Below are positions 35,558-47,323 of a stretch of DNA of 64,000 nucleotides, one piece after another. The stretch is from assembly GCA_002269645.1 (NCBI GenBank), contig NIVC01001267.1:124001-188000 (forward strand), given 5' to 3'. A program made the translations under genes and the position numbers. The stretch comes from Macrostomum lignano (lineage: Eukaryota). The notes beneath the pieces are model-generated. The model was not told where the DNA came from, made no database searches, and saw only the letters and a list, made by a program, of their open reading frames with translations. Position 1 is the first letter of the stretch; the number at the start of each line of letters is the position of its first letter.

Positions 35558-38306
35558 TTAGCCCCCCCCCCGCTTACATCCGGTGCATCTGGCTGGGCCA
35601 GACGTCGCCGCACTCGACTTCTTTTTCTTCTTCTGCTGCTGCTCCTGCATCAACGATAGCCTGGCTTCGGCGGCCGCTTTGCGCTTTGATTTGCATCGCA
35701 TCAGCTGTACTTCACCGTGCGTTACGGGCTGCGAGAACGACGGCACGAAGCAGACTTCAGTCGGCGTAGTTGCTGTCCTGGCGGCTGGACCGGATGCGGC
35801 ATTGGTGACGGCGGTGCACCTGCGTGTAGCTTTGGCTGCTGGCACGACTGCTGCTGCTGCTGCTGCTGTTGTTTTGCTGGTGGAGGCGGAGGAGGCCTTG
35901 GCAGTCGTCGAGGAGGAGGCGGCTCGCCGCGCGACAAGCTGGTCGACTGTGGCCTGAACATTAGTCCTGGTAACCAGCATGGCATTCGTCGCGTAGTGCC
36001 TCATCATCATAGGCACGGAATTCTCGAAAAGCGCGGCCACCTGATCGGCCATCTCTGGTCGGCCAGCCGCCGCTATGTCCTGCTTTGAGCTGCGAAAGAT
36101 GGTCGGGCAGACTCCGGCTCGACCTAGCAGGTGCTGGGCGTAGGCTGCAACAGAGTGGCTAAACGTCGAGACGGACAGCTTCTCGCCTCGCAGAGTGCAC
36201 AGGACGAACGGCGAGCTAGACACTGCGGGCAAGTCGCCTGCGGCGATGCAACTGCTGCGCCAGGCTAGCAGCAGGTCGATGAACGACGTCGGCAGTGTGA
36301 GGACGCTGCAGCCGACCGAGGCGATCTTCTTGTGGCTCACCTCGCGACCGGGAAGCCGGATGGTCGAATAGCCATTTTCCGCGTTGTCTCGGCGACAGGC
36401 GCTACCCGGCCGGATGTGCGCTACGCGGAGACCGCGCCACGGCCGAACGCGCAGCGGATGCATCGCGGTCGCGTGAAGAGCGAAGCGGTTGCGCATCGCA
36501 GTGAAGCCGGCGGCGCAGCCACGTCCGGCGGGCACGTCGGGGCCGGCGGAGACCAGCTCGGAGTAGTCGTCGAGAATTTTGCGCCACTCAACGGGGGTCA
36601 GCAGTCTGCATTGCTTCTTGTCGTGGTGCAACGGAGCGTCCAGCCGGCGTTCAAAGTCGTGCCGCTGCCTGACTGTTTTCAACCGCTTCTGTAGCAGGTT
36701 GCAACGGCTGTCAAAGTCGGCGGCAATCTCGGGCGGCAGCGCGAGGCGTTCGATTAGCGACTGCAGATGTTGTCGGTCGTGCACGATGTATGCCAACATG
36801 TACTGGGTACACCGAATCAGGGCCTGTGCCCGATTTCTAACCGTGCCAGAACTCTTGCTGGTGGCGCGAATCTCTGCGACGGCTGCTGACGGGTCGGCCA
36901 GACAGAACACCAAGTCCCGCTCGTGGAGGCCAACACCAGCCACCTCTGCCATCTTTGAACAAACGGACAATACGAGTGACAAGGTGTCAATCAGCGCTTC
37001 AGTGTGGCCGTCGTACTCGGGATTGCGGACGCCAGTCGAGTCATCCCAATGGAGCTCTTGCAGAACCTTCAGCTGAGCCAGCAGCGGTGCGTCGATGGGA
37101 TACTGTCGCAAAAGTTCGGAATTGCTGCGCAACTTGATGACGGCCAGAGCATCCCCCGCCGCGATCGCTGCCTTCACGGCCGCCGAGTCGCGGCTGGCAT
37201 TCGCCGCCGAGGCCGCCGAGGCCGCCGAGTCGCAGCTGGCATTCGCCGCCGAGGCCGCCGAGTCGCAGCTGGCATTCGCCGCCGAGGCCGCCGAGTCGCA
37301 GCTGGCATTCGCCGCCGAGGCCGCCGAGTCGCAGCTGGCATTCGCCGCCGAGGCCGCCGAGTCGCAGCTGGCATTCGCCGCCGAGGCCGCCGAGTCGCAG
37401 CTGGCATTCGCCGCCGAGGCCGCCGAGTCGCAGCTGGCATTCGCCGCCGAGGCCGCCGAGTCGCAGCTGGCATTCGCCGCCGAGGCCGCCGAGTCGCAGC
37501 TGGCATTCGCCGCCGAGGCCGCCGAGTCGCAGCTGGCATTCGCCGCCGAGGCCGTCGAGTCGCAGCTGGCATTCGCCGCCGAGTCGCAGCTGGCATCCGC
37601 CGCCGAGTCGCAGCTGGCATCCGCCGCCAAGGCCGCCGAGTCGCGGCTGCTGCTGCTGCTGCCTTTGGCAAGAGGCGCCAAGGAATCGGCTGTATGCAGT
37701 TATGGATGGATGGTGTGCGAAAATGAAGTCACGGGTGAGCTTTTGAAAGCAATGTGCTCCAATTTTAGATTGACAGCGACTCATACCTGCTGGCTTTTTA
37801 GCGTGCTTTGCTGCGTGCTTTGTCGTATCTCTATAAAAGCACTTGCAGTCGGCGCAGTACTGTTCCCGTCGGCGAGCACGATTTGCTGCCTGTTGCTCAA
37901 CAGCCACAGAGTCTGCCGCAGGTCGCAGGGTGGAAAGTCGCCAAAGCCAGGACGTACGCCTTTCCAAAGACCAGCCGTCCTCGTTGGCACTGTCGATATG
38001 CTGTTGCTTGATCCAGTCTTTATGCCGCGCAGCAAAATGCCTCTTCAGCGTGTCTCCACGCATCTGGGCGGTGCAGCCCGGAACAGGGCACTGCTTGGCA
38101 TATTTTTTGTTGCGATCGGTTGCTGCGGCACTCGTGCCTCTGACTGTCGCTGAACCCGCCGCTGCCGCTTCCGCGCCTCTGGCCGACGCCGCCGAACTTG
38201 CCGCTGCCGCTGCCGGGCTGCTGTCCAGCAGGCAAGTCAAAGGGCCGTCGCCATCGCCGCTGCTGGCCAGCGCTGGACTGTCCGCGGCCGCTGCTACTGT
38301 GTACAA
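35558..38306 (-). CDS. C2H2 zinc finger - Ala/Ser repeat - tyrosine recombinase fusion, ~883 aa; exons 38306-37787 and 37689-35558
   Basis: Phase-1 intron G|GTATGA...ACTGCATACAG|CC joins the two ORFs in frame. ZnFs: CPVPGC..TLKRHFAARH and CADC..KHAAKH. YR-like order: RNRF..HPLRVR..GLRVAHI (R), SHKK (K), PTIFR (R), ALFENS, MRHY (Y). Confidence 0.75.
37190..37640 (-). repeat. 33-bp coding minisatellite (DSAASAANASC)n, ~10 copies
   Basis: Frame-preserving repeat inside the recombinase gene. Confidence 0.95.
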
Positions 38307-39847
38307 TGGGTGTTAGATGGCATGGCAACCCATCAATCAATCAATCAAACAATCAATCAATGTAGTGAATAGAGTCTTAAATATCGGATCGGATGACGCA
38401 GTTTCGCCTCACCTCCAATCGATGCTGAAATCATAAATTCGCTGCTACTTGAACTATCGTCTTGGGCCTCTTCCTCGTCGTAGCCGAACAAGAGCCGGAG
38501 GTACTTTCCGAAGGACATCATCAGGCGATGGAATAAATAAAGAAAACGGATTTTGGACCTGATCACTCTTTGCAATTGTTTACAGTGAAAAATGGAAGGG
38601 AAGAGCCATAGACTGTTGACTGACTTTATACAAAGAAGCGAAGAGTTAGCCATCCAAATCCCGGCTATCCCCCCTCCTCATAGACTAATCTCACCGGGCA
38701 TGTACTCTGCTGTTGTCTATGGATTTTTGTTGTCTATGGTTGTATATGTTGACTATCGATTTTTTTGACTGTGTTCCTTAACCCAGCCCCCACCCCCGCA
38801 TGCATCAGTGCCCCACACTCTCTTTCTCCCTCTATCCAAAAAGCAATTTTAGCCAGCCACCCCGATTTTCCTACCCCCGCCCTCTGTAAAGCCGAATGGT
38901 CATAGGGCACTGCATATTATGCAAGGCAAAAGAAAATAATACACGCAACTATTTCTGCTGTTCAATAAAAAGCACCAAAGCGATATAGACGTATTGATGA
39001 ATATATATATATCTACCCCCCCCCCCTAATATAGTAGACAGACATAATATTATAGAGTAAATATCAATGAGAGAATATTGTGGCCCAAATATGTTGCCAA
39101 AAAAGCGCATTTGCCCTGTAGATAGAAAATGTTTTCGACTAAAGATATATAAATTACGGATGCAGCACCATTACTAAGTTGCTCAATAGGAAGCAGCTGA
39201 TCGAGATGGAAAAAAAGCTGTTTGGTTTGGTTTGGTATACAATAGCGAAGAAGCGGCGAAATATTTAAATAACGGTTGCTTAGGCGGCCCCATCTGGCGC
39301 ACAGAAGCGACAAAAAATGCACATCGAACTCCTTAGAAACAAAACCAACACTGCAGTTGCATTCAGCCAGCCAGGCTGAGATCACGTCGATTTCCAAACG
39401 ACGACGAAACAAACTGAAAAACAAACACACACAAACACTGGAACACGAGAACAGGTGTACCTTTCTGCCTGCAGCACAACCTCGGTACCTGCATCGCATC
39501 GCCTCAACAAAGTAGGGGAAGTAAGGGCCAAAGAGAGAGGGAGAGAGAGAGAAGGGGAAAGAGGATAGAAGGGATAGAAGATAGAGAAGAAACAAAGGTA
39601 AGTGTGGGCAATGTGCATCTGACGTGCTGCAGCAGCTCACTAAATTGTTGCAGCAGTACTGCAGCCCCTAACGACTGGCCCACCTCCGCCGCCGGCACAA
39701 TAACGATAATGTCCTCCATCCATCCATCCATCCATCAATCAATCAATCAATCAGTGTTTCTATTCAACAATAGTAGGCTGCTTCGCGTTCTTCTTCTTCT
39801 TCTTCTTCGGCGACGGCGGCGGCATCGTCGGCAAACAGCCGCTCCTG

Positions 39848-42576
39848 CTACTGCGGCGGTGGCGGTGGCGGCGGCGGCATCTGCTGCTGCTGCTGCTGCT
39901 GCACATTTTTCTTCGCCGCCTGCGACGCCGCATCTTGGCGTCCTCTGCCGCTGCGACCTTGACTGGCGTCGCACCCGTCGCAGTCGAACAGATTATGCGG
40001 GATGTGCACGACTGCAGTCATCCTGCGCAAGAAGTCCCGACTGATCTGCCCTGGGGCCGCGTGGCCCGCCACAACAATGGCGTGTGGCCATGGCTCTTTT
40101 TTGTGGCTTTGATATTTCTCATTGATCGTGAACTTATCACGGTTGAACAGTAGCAGCAGTTGACCCGGAATTGGACGGCTGGCATCGAATTCATCGACAA
40201 AAATGCACTTATGCAAGTTAAAGCGCAGCCCGTCGAAAGGAAAACTTGTTGTCAAGTCCGGCACGAACACAGGCTCCCTGCCAAAGTGCAGGTGCACCAT
40301 GGCCGTCTTGCCAACTCCGGAAGGCCCCCACAAATATATTGTGGGCGGCGGCATCTCCCTCTGCATGGCGCGGCACACGGCTATCTGTACGTCGCACAGA
40401 CCGCTGCCCAGGTGCGTCACCACAAGTTCGTCTGGCAGCGGCGGTGGCGGCTGCGGCTGCTGCTGCGACACCCTCTGGCTGCCGCCGTTGCTGCGGCGGC
40501 GACACGCGTCCTCCGACGAAGAAGAAGGACCGGAACAGGCGGCGAAAGTGGCGGCGGCGGCGGCGGCGGCGCTACTACGGAACGACACTGGCGGCCGCTC
40601 GCAGACACCGCACAGTGCCTTCTGCTGCTGGCCGCCGAGCCTGACGAACCCCGAGAGCGCCTCTGCCCTCATCCGACGCAGAAGTTGAATGTTGTTGAAG
40701 TAGTCTAAAGACTGCTTTGTCAACATCGGATTGCCCGCGTTTAGCACGGGGTCGTCAAGATCCGGCTGCACCGCCTCGACCGGATACGACATCGCCCAAC
40801 GATAGAGTACGATGGTGCGCGACAAGCAGCTGTCATCGATATTAATTGTGCAGCATACCGGGTCAAGCGCAGTTATCCGGCGCAGCTCGGCTTCGACGCT
40901 GCGGACGCTCCTGATCTCGACTTGCGTCCAGCGGCGCACAGCAAAGGTGTCCGCGTCGCGGCCTGACGCGAAAATCGGACGCAGCTGCCCGACCAAGTCG
41001 CAATTAGTGTGGAGGACGGCGGTGCGGACAAATGCGTGAATGCTTGACGTCTCCCGACTAACATCGTCGGTCAGGGGCGCATATGGATCGACAATGTGCG
41101 TCTTGGATGGCTCGAACTCATTCTTAGTGACGCCTATTTTTTGACATTGTTTTTTGTGTGTTGATCGTCGAGTTGAGAAATTAGATGCAGAAGAAGAAGA
41201 CGGCGCAATATTATTCAGAAATGGGATGATGCAGAGAGAGAGAGAGGGGGCGGAGGCGCGCGACAGATGAGGATTGTGGGGGAAGAGGGATTATACGATT
41301 ATGGCAGTGTTGCAGTCGTGGCAATTCAATAAATGGCATTGATATATCATTAATTGTGATATTCATATAGTCTATGGCAATAGTTTGGCAAATCAGCGCT
41401 GTCGATCGCGCATAGGAGCTGCACAGAAATGATATAAAAAGAAAAGAACAGCAATGCTTAATAAAGTAAGTAGATAAATAGGAAAGGGCAACAACCCCAC
41501 GCTACTCACTGATGGCCAGTTGAGTCGCCCATTCACTCCAGGCTGACATTAACATCATCTTGAGCGCGCCAGGTTGCTTCACGTAGGCTATCCTGAGCAC
41601 AGACATGCCGCGGTAGGCCCGCCGATTCGCCAGCTGTCCATTGCTGCCTGCAACGGAGGCGTCTACGGCATCCTCGGGGTGCAGCAGAATGCGAGGCACG
41701 AGCAGCCTGGACGTGGTGTCCCGTGTCGGCTGCGGCTGCTGATGATGCTGGTGAGCAGCAGCCGTCTCGTAGGAGGCGGCCGCGGCGCTCCATTCGTCGG
41801 TATATCCGCCGCAGTAATAAGGTGGCGGCGGAGGCGGCGGCGGCGGCGGCGGCGGCGGCGGCTGCGAAGACCGAGTGTCCGACGGGATAGAACAGCCTGT
41901 CGTCAAAGTGGACGATTGGTGGTGGTTGTTGTGAACAATGACAAATAATTTCACAATATGGGTAATGAGCTATGAACTAAAAGTGTAAGGATCGATGGTC
42001 AACAACGAATGCTCAGCAACTGAGCAGCAGCATTCAACGACTCCTACCTGGCGATAGGATCGAACTGCTGCGACTGCAGGGCGACGATGGCAGCGCGTTC
42101 GCCGCCGTTATCGGGCGTTGACAATGGCGCTTTGGCGGTGTCGGCCCTTGTTGCTGCTTAGCGGCGCTTAGCGACGCGGCCGTGCCACTTCGGGATACGA
42201 AGCAGCGACTCGTTATCGCCGGCTTGATGCCAGCTGACCCGATTCTCGGCTGTCGTTTTAGTTCCGGCTTTGCAGCGACTGCAGCCGCTGTCTCCTGATG
42301 ATGCTGCTGCTGACTCTGCTGTTCAGTCTTGAATAATGGCAGGCGACCACTTGCCTCGTCGTCTTCGTCGCTGTCTGGTACGAAGACCCCAGTGATGACG
42401 CAATCAGCCTGCTCATCCGCCGCCTCCAGCGTGAAGAGGTCGGCCTCTAGTGCAGCCCGCTCCGCGTCTTCTTGCCGCTTTGGAACAGTCGATGGGGCCG
42501 CGGCCGCGGCGGCGGCGGCGGCCGCGGCTTCAGCAGCGTCAACCTGCTCGCAGGCTTCCAGGAGGACGGCCGCCAT
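39848..42576 (-). CDS. Rep-like protein with SF3 helicase, ~733 aa; exons 42576-42048, 41896-41510, 41133-39848
   Basis: Two phase-1 introns (G|GTAGGA..GACGACAG|GC and A|GTGAGT..AAAATAG|GC) join the frames without stops. Walker A WGPSGVGKT, Walker B IFVDEF, B' LLLLFNRDKFTINEKY, motif C IVVAGH, Arg finger FLRRM. The true start may lie further upstream. Confidence 0.8.
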
Positions 42577-42779
42577 CTCGTCCGCGGTTGCGTATTGGCT
42601 ATCGCCGGGCCATGGAGGACTTGCATCTTTTATATTTTATTATCGTAATCAGCTGCTCGCTGGCTGCTGGATGCTCGCTGCAGCTAACAACGGTCGGACG
42701 CGCGCGTGGGCAATAATGCAGAAAAAATGAATGAGCAGCCCAGCCGTATACTATAGCTACCGGGTTAATATATATATCT

Positions 42780-42975
42780 CTAGTAAGATTGTGCTAGGCA
42801 CCGCCGCCTCTGCCGCCGCTTTGAGCTTTTTGTCTATGGTCCATCCGCAGCATATATATATCTTTAAAAGAATTGTGCTAGGCACAATCCGCTTTGCCAC
42901 AGTGCGCACTGCATCCGCTTTACCGCATCCGCTTTACCGCATCCGCTGTACCGCAATTGCTAATTGCTTTACCGT
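42780..42975. other. Right-end motif array of the Rep-YR element
   Basis: ATTGTGCTAGGCAC occurs twice (42788, 42872), each preceded by a TATATATATCT box, followed by CCGCTTT(G/A)CC repeats, which are the reverse complement of the left-end motif. Confidence 0.8.
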
Positions 42976-44677
42976 AGCGCAAGATAGCCCGTGTTCTTGA
43001 ATCTCGTGTGCCTGCGTTGCTCCGTTCCGGCGCAGCAAAAAAATTTGGGAAATTCCCCCCCTCTTGGTAGTTCTACTGTTAAGAACTTAGGGGGGGGCTA
43101 TTATTAAATTCAAGCAGCCAATGAAATTCATGGGGGAATATCCCAATTTTTAGGAAGCCTTGGCCATAGACTCGCTTTCAGATGAGCGATCATTTCTATT
43201 CCTCCATCCATGATGCAGTCCCCATTTTAATTATATTGGCTGGGTGAGTCTATAAATATTTACCCCGATTCAACTTTATTGGTTTTCGCTTGAACGCGAG
43301 GGAAGTCTAAATCAGTTCCTTTTAAGTTTTTTTTTCGTGGGAAAGACTAGGAATTTACGACGTATTTATAGTCCCACTAACCCTACAGCCTAAACAGATG
43401 ACTTGCCCATCTAAAAGAATATAAGATCTATGGTTGATTGACACAAGTAGTGTTTTTAAAATCGGTGATACAACCTTTATTGAAGTTTATTTTTTAGATT
43501 TAACTTAAGCTAAACTTAAACAAACAACGAAAAAGAAAAAGTTATTTTCTTATTTTTAAAGATAATTGGGGAACACGCAATGGAAAGTTTTTGATAGGAA
43601 CCAGAATGGGGGTTGTAGCAACTCCATAGTCGACAGCTGTACTCATAAAACGACCATTAAGCAACCACATAGAAAGAGAGGAGCGCAACTTCATTCCGAA
43701 AAACATCTCTGCATCTCTGCTGTGAATGCCAGCGTTGTGAACATGTAAAATGGTACAATTCTGGGGCTGCCAAAAACCGGCTGCAGAATAGACGGTTCGA
43801 TGAGCCCTAGCAGATCTGTAGCCCTGCCGGTGCTACGGTTTAGAATCTTCGGGGCTCCGGCCAGTTTTGTATCGCTGACTCGCCGATCTGGAGACTGCAA
43901 ACGGGCTACGATCGCCGACCGGAGATCTTAAAGGGTGTAAGATCTCCTTTGGAGACTACAAACGGTTATGGGTCCGTTTTGGGATCTCCGGGGCATGATT
44001 GGGTCTCATCTGGAGATCCTAGATTCTGTTGTACCTTCGGAGATTCTGCACCGTTTCCCGATCTCCTTCACGAGTGCAAAAACTAATGTTTGATTTAGAA
44101 TTTCCGGCTACCGATTTACCCAATTTTTAAAGAAATTATAATCTTTCTATTTTGTATAGTATTGTGTATGCGCTTCTCGCTTGGGGTTGTCTTAAGGCGG
44201 CCTGGCAGGTCTTTAAATCTCATGGCTGGCACCTATGTTGTATCTGTGGTTGAGGTTGTGCTAGCACAGGGCTCTTAGGTTGTCTCAGGCTCTCTCTTGC
44301 CAGAAGCCTACTTATCAGTAGCGTTGGTAGTTGCTGTCACCAGTCCCTTCGGATCTCAGCCTTCGGTGAGGTGAAGATCCCGTCGGAACGAAATAACAAA
44401 GACAAGCGAACACAGCACTTCAGGCAGATTAGCGATTTCAGACTAATAGTCAGCAGATCCTGTCGGGCTCAGTGGGTCGGCTGGGAGGACGGTGTTAGCC
44501 TCAGAGCAGAATCAGAGGTCTTAGTTTAGGATGAGAACTGAGTCAGGACAATGGGAGAAATAGGGCAATTGCAGAACTGCGTTTACTGAGAGAGAACAGA
44601 GCTAAAGAAATGACCGAAATGGCCGACCGAACAATTGCGCTGCGGTCAGGCCCGCACTGCCACTCTAACGGACTGCC

Positions 44678-45301
44678 TCATCGCAGGCGCTTGACCTGAC
44701 CCCTCAGACTGCTGCTGCCTGCCCCTCCCGCCTGTTCTGCGAGCGCATGCGCGAAAGGGGCCTCCCTTCTGCGTCTTAATATAAAGAAATGAAGCGAACT
44801 GAACTGAGCTGATCTGAACCAAGGCATGAGGGGGGCTCGCATATATAGAGAGGAAATATTGCACCATCGAAAACAAGACCCCCGCTGCGGGTCATTGATG
44901 GCTCTGTTGCTATTTTTAGCAACTGGCGCACGGGTTTTGTCCAGAGGAGGAAGGGGTCTGGTCTGGGTGCACGTGATTTCCCCCACAAACACGGGCCTAA
45001 CGCACAATGATGAAATGACAGCTGCGCGTCGCCCCGGGTCGTTGTCTATATAATCGAAGATATATTTGACGCACTCGACGATTGCGTCAGCTCGGTTGCG
45101 TGCCGTTCCTAGCTCTCTGACGAGGACCGGACCTCTAGCAGCCTGCCTGGGATCCGTCAACCAGAATGAGTCATCGCGAAAGCCGGCGCTTGGGTTCATT
45201 CTGGCGAACGCCGTCATCTCCAAATTGTACGTCAACTGCCATTCCTTTCGGAAATCAGCGTCCTGCCGGCCGCGAATACCGGTCTCCTCGTCGAAGAACA
45301 T
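44678..45301 (-). CDS. Orphan ORF of unknown function downstream of the second Rep-like copy
   Basis: 207 aa; the first ~110 aa have globular-looking composition; no family recognised. Confidence 0.35.
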   Translation of the reverse strand: MFFDEETGIRGRQDADFRKEWQLTYNLEMTAFARMNPSAGFRDDSFWLTDPRQAARGPVLVRELGTARNRADAIVECVKYIFDYIDNDPGRRAAVISSLCVRPVFVGEITCTQTRPLPPLDKTRAPVAKNSNRAINDPQRGSCFRWCNISSLYMRAPLMPWFRSAQFSSLHFFILRRRREAPFAHALAEQAGGAGSSSLRGQVKRLR

Positions 45302-45717
45302 ATCTTCAATATGGCTAGCTGTTTGGCCACCGCCTTGCCGTAAACCGCGGCGTCCAGTTTGTCTACTGCAGCATTTTGCTGATGCTGCTTAGGCTGACTA
45401 AATGCTGCCGCTTCGAACTCAGTCGCCTCTGCCACCGCCACCGCTTCGACCGTAGCCGCCGCAACCACTGCAGACGCTGCCAAAGATGACGACTTTCGCT
45501 GCTGCTGATGCTGCCGACGCCGTTTGGTTCGGGCGACACTTTCACCGTTGCCGTCGTCAGCAGCAGCTTCGGCCGCATGCAGCTTGCTGTGATAGTCGAC
45601 ATACTATGATAGTCTGCGCAGATGAGGTCAAAACGGGGATGCGCTTGCTCGCGGACAGGCTCAGCAAGACTGTAGCGCCTCGACCACCACTCGGTTCCAC
45701 CCTCCAGTTTCGACTAA

Positions 45718-47323
45718 TCAATCGATGCGTACAGACTGTCTGCCGCTGCGGGTTCTTTTGCAGCGCCCCCTCGACGCGTGTACTTGCTGCAACTCATCGA
45801 AGAATAGACAGCAATGGATACCGAGCTTCAGTCCGTCGAATGGGAAAGTCTCCGATAAGTCGGGAGTGTACACTGTCTCGCGGCCGAAGTGTATTGCGAC
45901 CATAGCGGACTTCCCAACGCCGCTTGGTCCCCAGAGATACAATATAGCCGGAGCTACACGTGCCTGCCGCATTGAGGCGCAAAGCTCGCGCTGGACTGCC
46001 CTGCCGCCACCCAGCACTACGCGGTTCGCGCTAATGTTGCTGCGCGAGGTATCTGCTGCGGCAGCAGCCGCGGTCGATGCCACTACCGGAGGCAGCTTGC
46101 AAACACCGCACAAACTCGGTCGAACCAGGGTGGACGGCAGTGGGCTAATGCCCAACTCCTCGGCCGGTATCTGGTGCATCATCTGCACTGAGGAAAAATA
46201 CTCAAGTCTGTCGCATCAGCAGCGGGTTGCCCACAGACCAACTGTGGATCGTCTGGCCGAGGGGTCACAATGCCCAACGGGAGGACATGGCCCATCTGTA
46301 GAGCACGACGTTGCGAGACAGGCAGCTATCATCGATGTCCATCGTTGCAGCTGCGGGATCGCTCATAGTGACGCGCCTGATCTCAGCCTGGCCGGATCGC
46401 ACACTGCGAATTTCGGCGCGCGTCCAGCCCATCACGGCGAAGGTGTGCTCGCTGGAGCCGGAGCCAAACAGTGCGCTCAGCCGACCGATCAGGTCAAGGG
46501 TGTTGTGCAGCGCGTTGGTGAGAATGAACACCAACAAGGATCTGGTGCCTTTAATTAGGCAAGAAGCAGTCGGGGCGTAAAGATCCATCATAAGCGTGTG
46601 ACGCGACAAAATCATTGTCTGCCAAGCCTATGCATTATTAGATTTACATAAAGAAGCGGCAAAGCGAGTTTTTACTTACCAATCGCAAACTGAGTAGCGT
46701 ATCTCCTTCTCAATGCGCTATCCAGCATCATCTTCATCTGCGAAGCGTTTCGCACATATGCCATCTGGACTATGGACATTGCACGGAAGGCTCGGCGACT
46801 CGCGTCAGCAGTAGCGGTGACACCGGCGGACAGGGGCTCTGCTGGGTGCAGCGGTACGCCCGGTGTCAGGAGCCGCGATGTCGTGCACTTCGGTTGCTAC
46901 GAAACCGGAATAGTCGCCTCGTAGGCAGCCGCAGCCATTGAATAGTCTGCCGGCTTAGCCTTGTCTGTGTTTGGTAATAGTAATTTATACTTTGACAAGT
47001 TGCCATACAGATGTAGCCCATATTTCGCAATACTTAAAGCTATATCACATTCACAAAACAATAGTTCAAAGTCGATTTTGTATTTTATGCATGCATGTAG
47101 ACCTACCGGCGATGGTGGCGGCGGTGGAAGACGATGTTCTCGCTGCTGCTGGCTAACGCCACCTCGGTGAAGAGATGCTTGACGTCGATGGGGATGCCAT
47201 CAGAGGTGATAGTTTAAACGGCAGCGGCCGCTGCGAAGCGATTGGGTGTAACAGTCTTGGCTGCAGCGGCATCCCCGCCTTCTTTATGGTGCTTTGGCCA
47301 ACAACGTCAGTCATTTTTTCCAT
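45718..47323 (-). pseudogene. Divergent paralog of the Rep-like SF3 gene; exons 47323-47107, 46964-46680, 46627-~45718
   Basis: TTSRLL.P..LHP; SRRAFRAMSIVQMAYVR..MKMML..ATQFAI; EIRSVRS..EIRRVT..DP; DIDDSCLSR.VVLYRWAMS; LCGVC..PPV; LYLWGPSGVGKSAMV.IHFGRE..PDL..FPFDGL..FFDEL. Premature stops and frameshifts; homology is lost after Walker B. Confidence 0.88.

Larger units (their letters stand above)
34780..43000 (-). mobile_element. Putative novel element: Rep-like SF3 helicase gene plus ZnF-tyrosine recombinase gene, bounded by inverted motif arrays (ends approximate)
   Basis: Two co-oriented spliced genes with open frames. GCGGCAAAGCG and GGTGCCTAGCACAAT motifs on the left appear reverse-complemented on the right. 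The coding segments are GC-rich and distinct from the flanks. Confidence 0.72.

Noticed and set aside
39848-40996. Interpreting the SF3 ORF as parvovirus NS1 or a Polinton D5 primase-helicase
   Set aside because: There is no primase or polB, no capsid/ATPase/protease set and no parvoviral motif context. The short helicase with a following Arg finger and the upstream RS..R.IT..D segment fit CRESS-type Reps better, though this is judged by eye.
35583-42730. Numerous overlapping plus-strand and alternative-frame ORFs in the Rep-YR element
   Set aside because: They are shadows of GC-rich, low-complexity, frame-preserving coding sequence and have no motifs.
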